A DNA stretch of 32,485 nt. Origin: Paraphysomonas bandaiensis. Lineage: Eukaryota; Protista; Chrysophyceae. The stretch spans positions 1 to 32,485 of the forward strand of contig CBFFRP010000007.1 in the NCBI GenBank assembly GCA_965644295.1. The letters run 5' to 3'. A program made the position numbers and the translations under genes. How positions within the stretch are numbered: the first letter of the stretch is position 1; each line of letters opens with the position of its first letter. This document shows positions 21,464 to 32,485 of the stretch, piece by piece. Below the pieces are notes generated by a model. It searched no databases. It worked only from the letters and a program-made list of their open reading frames with translations, and was not told the origin of the DNA.

Positions 21464-23963
21464 CTATATGATCATAGTTCGCTTTATCTGTAGCCCACTA
21501 GCGGCAAGCTTCAAATATCCCGTACGAATAAGTTCGTTAAGCGCAACGACGAAACGACAATGACAGTGAAGGTTAAGTGAAACATCATCGCTACCGTTGT
21601 CAGATTTAACACTGCTTGTCGCTCGAATCGCTACTTTGCGCTTTTTTCGCGCAGGTGTTATCTCTTCAATGTTAGTATTAGCACAAAACTTGGTCGCATA
21701 CTCCGCAAAAACTTCTGCTACGGAAAACTCTTTCCTTCCATCAAACTTGTGAGACACAATAGAAAATAAGGTTGAGACATCAGGAATGACAAGCGGACTG
21801 GTATATTTATTTTTTGATTCATCGAGAGCAGTGTCGACTGGGGAGAGAGATTCAGCAAATCTGACGCAATGTGAAACATATTGATAAATAGAAGAAGTGT
21901 ATACCTTGTCCTAGTAAACTTCATCAAACCCATATGGTCCGAGGATAAGGCCATTAAAATACAGTCCCGAACACGAACTACTCCGGCAAGGAAGTTTTCA
22001 TTAGATGTCTCAAGTGTATGTGGAGCACGCGGACATCGATGGGTCAAGAGACTAATGCTATAAGACACCCATGCACACACTTCGTGTAGTACACGCTCTA
22101 CAATTCCCTTCATATCAAAACTTTTGGGGTCTATCCACTCAGAGTTCACCTCCACACTCATGCTTGCATTAACAACGGGGCTTTCTGACCTCAATCGTAA
22201 CAGTGACAAGTTAGCACCAGTGATATCATTATCTAGAATACAAACTAGTTCCTGTAACAGAAGCAATACACTAGTATGCTTATTTCTGATATCATTTAGG
22301 GCAGCTGTGCACAGGTGTAGGTCTGACGATTCTGCTAGATCATATTTAACGCCATCTATAACTGCACCTTCTGTGGACAATATTTTTCCCCAGTGCAAAA
22401 AAACTTCCATGACAGTTTTAATAGGAATAGAATTTAGTGTTGTTGCCATTCTATCAAAAAGGGAGGTCAGGACTCGTCCATCCTTACCACTTGTGGTCAC
22501 GACTTCTGCATAAATTAATAATTAATATACACATTCAGTTACACTGCAACATACTACCGTTCCATAGCAAGTATGCACAATAGTAATCTCTCTCTGAAGT
22601 TGGAACAAACTTATTACGAATGCTCTGCAAGATATATTAACGTCATACATGATAACCATCATACAAACCATCAACAGCTGCAGACAGCAACAGTCCATCC
22701 AGTGTCGGAATGACATAAAATCCAAATGATTAACAATAATATCGCACTTCGACCACAAGGGTATTGATGAGACTGGTGGTATATGCACCGATAGCAAATC
22801 CTCTGCGCTCATATATACCAACATATCTTGTATTGCCCTTATTCTATCCTCCCTGTCCTCCAATATCGTCATGTGGCCAGACTGACACGTATATATCATA
22901 AAATATGTATTACCAACTGCACTTCTCTCGTACCGTTAATCTATTCCGGTACATAGATAATAAACTGCATCTCTGCATGTCAAAGTGCTTACAAATGACA
23001 GTATGCAATCTACATAGCTAGAAAATTAATTGGTCAACAATGTCATCAATCATACGTACCGCTCCACACCCGACCACAAACATTTGTCATGCTGGCTGAA
23101 CACGCTTTGAAGCCAATGTAGGATGGGAAGCGACAGTATCAAAGGAAACCTAGTACTCGTAAGAAGAGCAGTCAAAAAATTGTCCAAAACGCGCGCAGGG
23201 GAAGCTGAAGATACTGCAGGATAAACAGCGACCAACTCCAACACTTTTCCACGTAAAGGTAAATGAAGAGGACGGCCAGTAGTATGAACAAGAAGCAACC
23301 CAAATGTTACACTATGTGATAATTCTTGATCCATAATATTATGATGAAGTATCGAAATACATTCACTTAGTAAAATCGGATCTATTATGTCACAGGATTT
23401 AAGTACGATTACAACAACATTAGACTCATCCTTCAGCGACAGCAAAAGAGATTTCAGATTAAAATCAGCAAATTGATCTGAGCGAGTTCCATTTATTGAC
23501 AATGGCAATATGTTACCAATTATGTCTTTAGAATTCTGATTTTGAGTGCAAGTTGATTCCAACCAAATACATGCTGTCCCGCCCATTGGCGCTGTCGCGT
23601 CCTTAGAAATGTGTGAGATCATATTTCCAGTGTCAATATCACTCAATGCTTCAAAATAAATTAGTCAAGGCACCTTACTTAATAAAAATTCATACCAGAG
23701 ACTACCGGTAAAACAGAAACCCGCGATGTATTTTCGCCATCAAGAAGTGTGTATATAAATCCTCGAATTTCGCGGAATAGTTTGTCTTGCGTGCGCCTTA
23801 GTTCTTGGTCATACAATTCATCAACAATATTGCAGCAAATTTGCTTCGCATGCAATCGTAGATTGTACAAGTCATCATCCTTGTTCAAAATATTGTGTGA
23901 CGGTGAGCGATAATGTAACTCATTGCCTTGGCATCTTGACAACATCTTCATAGTTCCACTCAT
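21464..23963 (-). CDS. ORC3: Origin recognition complex subunit 3 (divergent), multi-exon; 5' end uncertain
   Basis: VVVIVLKSCDIIDPILLSECISILH...LLTSTRFPLILSLPILHWLQSVFSQHD resembles the ORC3 N-terminal domain. IPDVSTLF and CRFVVALNELIRTGYLK resemble the ORC3 winged helix (PDICIAY, ARFIRAVSELELLGFIK). Confidence 0.8.
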
Positions 23964-24451
23964 CAGCTACACATTCACTGTGTGCGATGAAACTTCAATC
24001 CAATATACTGACCCTTTACTTAACACATACTCCTATGGCCTACTAGCGTTTTTAATTCTTATTCATCACAGTTCCAGTTGGTATCAGAGATTTCGTTAGT
24101 CCATCTGTACAGTACCGTGGTGTGCAGTGGTATACCGTACAGAGTATATCCAGTATTCAGAAGTATTTCTTAGCAATCCATACTGTATACCATATGTACG
24201 GTGCTGTAGTCAACTACGTCGTCGTATTACGTACTTGATGGTGGTTGATGATACCTCAACAATCACTCAACTCTAAAATTTCCCTCAGCGGAGGCTGTTT
24301 TTTATTTTGTTGATGTTTGTGAATGCAGTGTGTGTATTAGATCAGATACGCACCATGTCAAATCTTGTAAGTGGCGCAACTAACACAATGGTGGTCACTT
24401 AGTCCACATAGGTTTAAGTGCTCGTTATACCGAAATATATCGCTGTATATA
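23964..24451. promoter_or_regulatory. Bidirectional promoter region (ORC3 / ankyrin gene)
   Basis: Divergent starts; contains GGTATACCGTAC (24129-24140) and GTATTCAGAA (24153-24162), both shared with other promoters in the window. Confidence 0.55.
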
Positions 24452-27400
24452 ATGTGCGATGTGTTTCAATTGTCGCAGTCAGGTGATGTAGAAGGTCTTC
24501 GAAGACTTTATGTGAGCAATAATAGGTGCTTCGATGACACGAACTTGGTACGTTCATCAATGAAAAGAACTCTATGTCTTATTCATACTTTCAGATTGGT
24601 CGATCCCCTCTACATATTGCATGCTTGGAAGGTCACCTCGACGTGATCAATTATTTAGTTGAGCATGGGGTTTTTCTGGATGCATATGATACGGTTAGCT
24701 GGTGTGAGTCCTATGATCGCGTCTGCTAAAAACATTCAGGCTGGACGCACTCCGTTTCATTTAGCCTGTAAGAAAGGGCACATAAGAGCGGCACAGTGCT
24801 TACACAGTTTTGGAGTGCACATCGACGGCAGGTCGAAGGTATGTTACGGGTACACCATAAATGTCTTAATCGTGTGTGTAGAATGGTGACACCGCTCTCC
24901 ACTTTGCAGCGAATGAGGCTCGATTAGACATTGCTAAATGGTTAATTGACAATGGTGCTAATATTCACAGTGCGAACCGGGTATTCTGACCGCGTTCATT
25001 TCGACTATGGTGAATTTCTTTATTGTAGGATGGAGATACTCCTCTCCATATGGCCTCTATGTGCGGACACTTCCCCATTGCCCAGCTTCTTGTCAGCAAT
25101 GGCGCTGATGTGAAGGCTCCGAATGAAGTTAGTTGTGCTGCGTTTGTACCGCTATAGTGTAATTTCACGCGCAGGATGGGTCGACTACGATCCATCGAGC
25201 CTCCACTTGGGATCAGCTTACAGTCGCTCAGTTTCTCTACGAGATGGGTGCTGATATTCACATACCTAACAAGGTTTGTATGTCCTTCATTGTGCTATAT
25301 TATAGTCACTTTAATAGGTCGGGGATACCCCTCTTCACTGCGCTTCATATGCTGGGAGCCAGAGTGTCGCAGTCTGGTTACTCCTTCAGGGGGCTGATAT
25401 TCATGCTACTAACAATGTACTGATTGACACATCATGACGAATGAATTCATAATAATACTTATTAGGCAGGACAAACTTCAGTCGATAGAGCTGGAACCAC
25501 TCAATTGAGGGCCTTGTTACGTGATGTTGAGGTATAGGTATCGTCGAAATGTTGCTCGTTTACAATGCACTGTAGTTGCGTGGGGTAGAAGCTGTCCGCG
25601 AAAAATCAGAGGAAACGCCTGCTGAAATGTCGCTTCGTTATGCAGAAGAGGTACGTTATTTAACTGCTAGTATACCGTTACAGTCTATTCAGGATGCCGT
25701 AAAGGATAGAATTGAGGAAGAAGAGAGAGAGGCATCGGAGGTACGCCTAGCTGTTTTATTCCTATATCATCTGTTACCCAGATGAGAGCACGACGCCAAC
25801 TCGAAAAAGAGCTATCGTTACTTGCAGAGGAGGTAATATTTTTGAACCAATCAGATAAGCGTGTGTTATATAGTGTTTTAGCCTCGATCACGACGCAGGC
25901 GGCGTGTTTGTGCAAGCCCGACTGGTAATGTCATGGAAACTCCGGTGATGCGAATATGCGCGTTCTCTGTGTATGTCTTATTTTAGAGCAGGCTCAAGCG
26001 GCACCCACAATTGCTGCTACTCCTACAACTTTATCCAATGATGACGTAGTTAATGTCAAGTTCAATGATGAGTATGTTGAAGAGGATTCTGTGCGCAGTG
26101 ATATGAGCAGTATTGGTGACAGTGTCGTGAGTTCGAAGAGCCAAGTGTCAGTTGAGGTGGGTTGTTATTGTGTCCAATTCTATAAGCCGATTAAATCTTG
26201 AATAGTACTGGAGCGAACGGGCATTACATCATTTGCAGGCAATAAAATCATTCGATCAACTTCCAGAAAATGAGCTGGTGATTATTTTTTGTGTACAATT
26301 ACTTCAGTTAACGTACGTTGTAGTATAGCTCCAGTAGTGACGCCTATACTGAAGACAGCGACGATACTTCTATCGATACCAATATTGATAGTGATTTAGA
26401 TTCCCTATATTACGAAAAACTTGATCACCTTCTTCGAAAGCAGCAAAATGAAATGGAAATGCTGTTGGGTCAGCAGAGAAAAGAGTTGGAAGAATTGCAG
26501 AATCGCCAACTAGAAGACTTAGCAAGATTTGACGCCAAAAATGCTGTTAATAGTCCACAATTAATACTAAATTCTCATGGGAACGAACGTGACCAGATGT
26601 TACACCATCATGCCACTGAACGACAAGAGCTGGATCAAACCCACGAAGATGAAAGAAATATGCTGAAAAACGGAATCGATGTAATGTCTGAATATGATCA
26701 CGAAGTGATGGATGCGAGAAATTTCTGCCCAGAGAATGATATAGTATCTCATAAATCTGAAAGTCCAGAGAAAACTGATGGTATGGAAGTTATTTCTCAA
26801 GGAGACAATGTTGGTTCATCCAAGGAGGATGTAATACCTTTGTCTGTGGAGAATCGTTTGTATCATCTTGGTGGTGATATTGCTGCAGAAGGGTCTGCCT
26901 ATCACGATCTGGATAGCGCTCATGTACGGGCCTTCTGTCCACATACTGTGTAGTCTAACGTTTCCGTTGTGCTTTGTTGCAGGATCTTGTAGCTCCGATG
27001 TCACCCTTATCTGACCATTCGAAAACGGACTGCATTGTCGATGATGAAGCAAGTGATAAAGATGAAGCATGTGAATACTGCTCGCTCCCCTCTTCTATTA
27101 CAAAAAACACTCCACTGAATGATGAAAACTGTACCTCCGAACATTTAGAATCTTCAGGTAGGTCATTTTAATACCAAGCACTAATGAATGAAAGTCAGAT
27201 GATTGTACATCGCGCTGTTATAACTCTTTCGTCTACAGATGGTTACGAATCCATTGACTTTGGTGACCGCGATAGTGATTCTGATTCTTTCGATTCGAAT
27301 GAGTTAGAAGTCTTACAAGATATTCATATTAGACAGAAGAAAGAGTATGAAGATCTCAAGTGTAAACATGCGGATGAAATTGATAAGCTTCTTCGTTCTC

Positions 27401-30400
27401 AAAAAGGAGCGATGGATGAATTACGGGGTGATTTACTTCGTGGTCGAACAAGTAAGAAGCAATTAGAGGAATTAGATATGTGCCACGAAAATGAATATAA
27501 AGATTTGAAGGCGGAACAACTGAATGAAATGGATGCTTTACAGAGACGGCACAAGTCAGAGCAAGATGGTATGACGTCGGCACTGAGAGGGCGGAGTTTG
27601 AGTTTTCAGGTAACACCATACATATTACCGTATATTTGCCTAACAATGATTCTATCAGTCCCAGCCAGATGGTGGGGATAGAGGTGATACTACTCCAGGA
27701 GGTGTATCAGACAGTGATGTACCTAAAGCAGAATCGGAACCGAGCACTGTGCCTGTGGATGAAGATATGCGTAAGGATTCTGTGGGCGATGTAGATGGTG
27801 TTCGTGAGATTGTGGATGATGCACCCGTGTCGGAGGATGTGGCACCTGTTTCGGAGGATGGTGTTTTGCGTCCTGTTGATGTTGATGTTGATGATGTTGG
27901 TCCTGCAGGGAGAGATGATGGTGTCGGGTCTAGTGCTAATGTACGTGGTGTCTGAGTGTGTAATGTTGTTGTCATTTACATTATTGTTATTGTTTATGTT
28001 ATTGTTGATCGTATTGTTGTTGTCAGTATTTTATCTACAGTGTATTGAGTGTTTCTAATGAATTGTGTTTGTGTGTCTGTGTTGTTGTAGGCCCGAGAAG
28101 CTCCCTTATCATCATCGCCACTTGATGATGTTGAGTATGAGGGTGCGGACAAAGTAAATGACGAGGATAGTGAGAAAGGAGAGGGTGCTATTGGCACTGT
28201 TCCCTCTGCGGATGGCAAATCATCTGATTTGGATGGTGGGGATAGAGGTGATACTACTCCAGGAGGTGTATCAGACAGTGATGTACCTAAAGCAGAATCG
28301 GAACCGAGCACTGTGCCTTTGGATGAAGATATGCGTAAGGATTCTGTGGGCGATGTAGATGGCGTTCGTGAGAGTGTGGATGATGCACCCGTGTCGGAGG
28401 ATGTGGCACCTGTTTCGGAGGATGGTGTTTTGCGTCCTGTTGATGTTGATGAGGGTGCGGACAAAGTAAATGACGAGGATAGTGAGAAAGGAGAGGGTGC
28501 TATTGGCACTGTTCCCTCTGCGGATGGCAAATTATCTGATTTGGATGGTGGGGATAGAGGTGATACTACTCCAGGAGGTGTATCAGACAGTGATGTACCT
28601 AAAGCAGAATCGGAACCGAGCACTGTGCCTTTGGATGAAGATATGCGTAAGGATTCTGTGGGCGATGTAGATGGCGTTCGTGAGAGTGTGGATGATGCAT
28701 CCAAGGAGGATGTGGCACCTGTTTCGGAGGATGGTGTTTTGCGTCCTGTTGATGTTGATGAGGGTGCGGACAAAGTAAATGACGAGGATAGTGAGAAAGG
28801 AGAGGGTGCTATTGGCACTGTTCCCTCTGCGGATGGCAAATTATCTGATTTGGATGGTGGGGATAGAGGTGATACTACTCCAGGAGGTGTATCAGACAGT
28901 GATGTACCTAAAGCAGAATCGGAACCGAGCACTGTGCCTTTGGATGAAGATATGCGTAAGGATTCTGTGGGCGATGTAGATGGCGTTCGTGAGAGTGTGG
29001 ATGATGCACCCGTGTCGGAGGATGTGGCACCTGTTTCGGAGGATGGTGTTTTGCGTCCTGTTGATGTTGATGAGGGTGCGGACAAAGTAAATGACGAGGA
29101 TAGTGAGAAAGGAGAGGGTGCTATTGGCACTGTTCCCTCTGCGGATGGCAAATTATCTGATTTGGATGGTGGGGATAGAGGTGATACTACTCCAGGAGGT
29201 GTATCAGACAGTGATGTACCTAAAGCAGAATCGGAACCGAGCACTGTGCCTTTGGATGAAGATATGCGTAAGGATTCTGTGGGCGATGTAGATGGCGTTC
29301 GTGAGAGTGTGGATGATGCATCCAAGGAGGATGTGGCACCTGTTTCGGAGGATGGTGTTTTGCGTCCTGTTGATGTTGATGAGGGTGCGGACAAAGTAAA
29401 TGACGAGGATAGTGAGAAAGGAGAGGGTGCTATTGGCACTGTTCCCTCTGCGGATGGCAAATTATCTGATTTGGATGGTGGGGATAGAGGTGATACTACT
29501 CCAGGAGGTGTATCAGACAGTGATGTACCTAAAGCAGAATCGGAACCGAGCACTGTGCCTGTGGATGAAGATATGCGTAAGGATTCTGTGGGCGATGTAG
29601 ATGGCGTTCGTGAGAGTGTGGATGATGCACCCGTGTCGGAGGATGTGGCACCTGTTTCGGAGGATGGTGTTTTGCGTCCTGTTGATGTTGATGAGGGTGC
29701 GGACAAAGTAAATGACGAGGATAGTGAGAAAGGAGAGGGTGCTATTGGCACTGTTCCCTCTGCGGATGGCAAATTATCTGATTTGGATGGTGGGGATAGA
29801 GGTGATACTACTCCAGGAGGTGTATCAGACAGTGATGTACCTAAAGCAGAATCGGAACCGAGCACTGTGCCTTTGGATGAAGATATGCGTAAGGATTCTG
29901 TGGGCGATGTAGATGGCGTTCGTGAGAGTGTGGATGATGCATCCAAGGAGGATGTGGCACCTGTTTCGGAGGATGGTGTTTTGCGTCCTGTTGATGTTGA
30001 TGAGGGTGCGGACAAAGTAAATGACGAGGATAGTGAGAAAGGAGAGGGTGCTATTGGCACTGTTCCCTCTGCGGATGGCAAATTATCTGATTTGGATGGT
30101 GGGGATAGAGGTGATACTACTCCAGGAGGTGTATCAGACAGTGATGTACCTAAAGCAGAATCGGAACCGAGCACTGTGCCTGTGGATGAAGATATGCGTA
30201 AGGATTCTGTGGGCGATGTAGATGGTGTTCGTGAGATTGTGGATGATGCATCCAAGGAGGATGTGGCACCTGTTTCGGAGGATGGTGTTTTGCGTCCTGT
30301 TGATGTTGATGAGGGTGCGGACAAAGTAAATGACGAGGATAGTGAGAAAGGAGAGGGTGCTATTGGCACTGTTCCCTCTGCGGATGGCAAATTATCTGAT

Positions 30401-32485
30401 TTGGATGGTGGGGATAGAGGTGATACTACTCCAGGAGGTGTATCAGGCAGTGATGTACCTAAAGCAGAATCGGAACCGAGCACTGTGCCTGTGGATGAAG
30501 ATATGCGTAAGGATTCTGTGGGCGATGTAGATGGTGTTCGTGAGATTGTGGATGATGCACCCGTTTCGGAGGATGTGGCACCTGTTTCGGAGGATGGTGT
30601 TTTGCGTCCTGTTAATGTTGATGATGTTGATGAGGGTGCGGACAAAGTAAATGACGAGGATAGTGAGAAAGGAGAGGGTGCTATTGGCACTGTTCCCTCT
30701 GCGGATGGCAAATCATCTGATTTGGATGGTGGGGATAGAGGTGATACTACTCCAGGAGGTGTATCAGACAGTGATGTACCTAAAGCAGAATCGGAACCGA
30801 GCACTGTGCCTGTGGATGAAGATATGCGTAAGGATTCTGTGGGCGATGTAGATGGTGTTCGTGAGAGTGTGGATGATGCATCCAAGGAGGATGTGGCACC
30901 TGTTTCGGAGGATGGTGTTTTGCGTCCTGTTGATGTTGATGAGGGTGCGGACAAAGTAAATGACGAGGATAGTGAGAAAGGAGAGGGTGCTATTGGCACT
31001 GTTCCCTCTGCGGATGGCAAATTATCTGATTTGGATGGTGGGGATAGAGGTGATACTACTCCAGGAGGTGTATCAGACAGTGATGTACCTAAAGCAGAAT
31101 CGGAACCGAGCACTGTGCCTGTGGATGAAGATATGCGTAAGGATTCTGTGGGCGATGTAGATGGTGTTCGTGAGATTGTGGATGATGCATCCAAGGAGGA
31201 TGTGGCACCTGTTTCGGAGGATGGTGTTTTGCGTCCTGTTGATGTTGATGAGGGTGCGGACAAAGTAAATGACGAGGATAGTGAGAAAGGAGAGGGTGCT
31301 ATTGGCACTGTTCCCTCTGCGGATGGCAAATTATCTGATTTGGATGGTGGGGATAGAGGTGATACTACTCCAGGAGGTGTATCAGGCAGTGATGTACCTA
31401 AAGCAGAATCGGAACCGAGCACTGTGCCTGTGGATGAAGATATGCGTAAGGATTCTGTGGGCGATGTAGATGGTGTTCGTGAGATTGTGGATGATGCACC
31501 CGTTTCGGAGGATGTGGCACCTGTTTCGGAGGATGGTGTTTTGCGTCCTGTTAATGTTGATGATGTTGATGAGGGTGCGGACAAAGTAAATGACGAGGAT
31601 AGTGAGAAAGGAGAGGGTGCTATTGGCACTGTTCCCTCTGCGGATGGCAAATCATCTGATTTGGATGGTGGGGATAGAGGTGATACTACTCCAGGAGGTG
31701 TATCAGACAGTGATGTACCTAAAGCAGAATCGGAACCGAGCACTGTGCCTGTGGATGAAGATATGCGTAAGGATTCTGTGGGCGATGTAGATGGTGTTCG
31801 TGAGAGTGTGGATGATGCATCCAAGGAGGATGTGGCACCTGTTTCGGAGGATGGTGTTTTGCGTCCTGTTGATGTTGATGAGGGTGCGGACAAAGTAAAT
31901 GACGAGGATAGTGAGAAAGGAGAGGGTGCTATTGGCACTGTTCCCTCTGCGGATGGCAAATTATCTGATTTGGATGGAGGGGATAGAGGTGATACTACTC
32001 CAGGAGGTGTATCAGACAGTGATGTACCTAAAGCAGAATCGGAACCGAGCACTGTGCCTGTGGATGAAGATATGCGTAAGGATTCTGTGGGCGATGTAGA
32101 TGGTGTTCGTGAGAGTGTGGATGATGCATCCAAGGAGGATGTGGCACCTGTTTCGGAGGATGGTGTTTTGCGTCCTGTTGATGTTGATGAGGGTGCGGAC
32201 AAAGTAAATGACGAGGATAGTGAGAAAGGAGAGGGTGCTATTGGCACTGTTCCCTCTGCGGATGGCAAATCATCTGATTTGGATGGTGGGGATAGAGGTG
32301 ATACTACTCCAGGAGGTGTATCAGACAGTGATGTACCTAAAGCAGAATCGGAACCGAGCACTGTGCCTGTGGATGAAGATATGCGTAAGGATTCTGTGGG
32401 CGATGTAGATGGTGTTCGTGAGAGTGTGGATGATGCACCCGTGTCGGAGGATGTGGCACCTGTTTCGGAGGATGGTGTTTTGCGT
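24452..32485 (+). CDS. Giant ankyrin-repeat / coiled-coil / acidic tandem-repeat protein (about 19 exons, 3' end beyond window)
   Basis: Ankyrin exons (GRSPLHIAC, GRTPFHLAC, GDTALHFAA, GDTPLHMAS, GDTPLHCAS) at 24452-25531. Frame-consistent GT-AG splicing can be followed by hand through coiled-coil exons (~26324-26923, ~27239-27609) and exon 27659-27940 into a stop-free exon from 28091 to the window end. Ankyrin part is high confidence; single-gene continuity is moderate. Confidence 0.72.
27668..27886 (+). repeat. Orphan partial copy of the tandem-repeat unit in the preceding exon
   Basis: gatggtggggatagaggt...cgtcctgttgatgttgat matches the 3' ~70% of the array unit. Confidence 0.9.
28139..32485 (+). 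repeat. Coding tandem repeat, 14 units of 309/312/321 bp (last unit cut by window edge)
   Basis: Unit starts at 28139, 28451, 28760, 29072, 29381, 29693, 30002, 30311, 30632, 30941, 31250, 31571, 31880, 32189. Units are near-identical and all lengths are multiples of 3. Confidence 0.98.

Noticed and set aside
24079-24089. TGGTATCAGAG, matching the canonical tRNA-iMet PBS and preceded by CAGT
   Set aside because: No LTR pair or gag/pol remnant nearby; it sits in the short ORC3/ankyrin promoter, so probably chance.
28244-28252. RGD tripeptide present in every repeat unit
   Set aside because: The predicted protein has no signal peptide and begins with cytosolic-type ankyrin repeats; RGD is unsurprising in a Gly/Asp-rich sequence.
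27994-32361. 1455-aa Ser/Thr/Pro-rich minus-strand ORF resembling a mucin
   Set aside because: Antisense shadow of the Asp/Glu-rich plus-strand repeat exon; one stop-free unit is simply multiplied. Splice signals and gene context support the plus strand.
28158-32408. Fourteen near-identical 66-aa ORFs that look like a small-peptide array
   Set aside because: Off-frame by-products of the tandem repeat, with no separate promoters or spacers.
28139-32485. CRISPR-like or non-coding satellite interpretation of the array
   Set aside because: No unique spacers, units are ~310 bp and frame-preserving, and the context is eukaryotic.

Overview
Eukaryotic genomic DNA with compact genes and short (~43-60 nt) GT-AG introns, from a flagellated protist; a stramenopile is my inference. 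Left end (1-~5100, minus strand): an apparently intact, very young Ty1/copia LTR retrotransposon with a single 1462-aa Gag-PR-IN-RT-RH ORF and LTR copies that look identical by eye. It is unusual in four ways. It has no tRNA-type PBS; instead the 15-16 nt right after the 5' LTR are perfectly complementary to a sequence inside its own LTR, which is Tf1-like self-priming geometry. The LTR termini look like CG...CG. The integrase has no HHCC motif. The integrase appears to have Asp at the third catalytic position. Host genes follow: DRC12/CCDC153 (-), an uncharacterised EF-hand-like protein (+), a secreted ependymin-like protein (+), an Arl8/Arl18-like GTPase (-), a divergent ORC3 (-), and a very large multi-exon ankyrin/coiled-coil gene (+). 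The last visible exon of that gene is a >4.3-kb in-frame array of ~103-107-aa acidic repeats running off the window. Promoter regions share GTATAC/TACCGTA-type motif clusters. All calls come from manual reading and recall of protein families; no searches were run.
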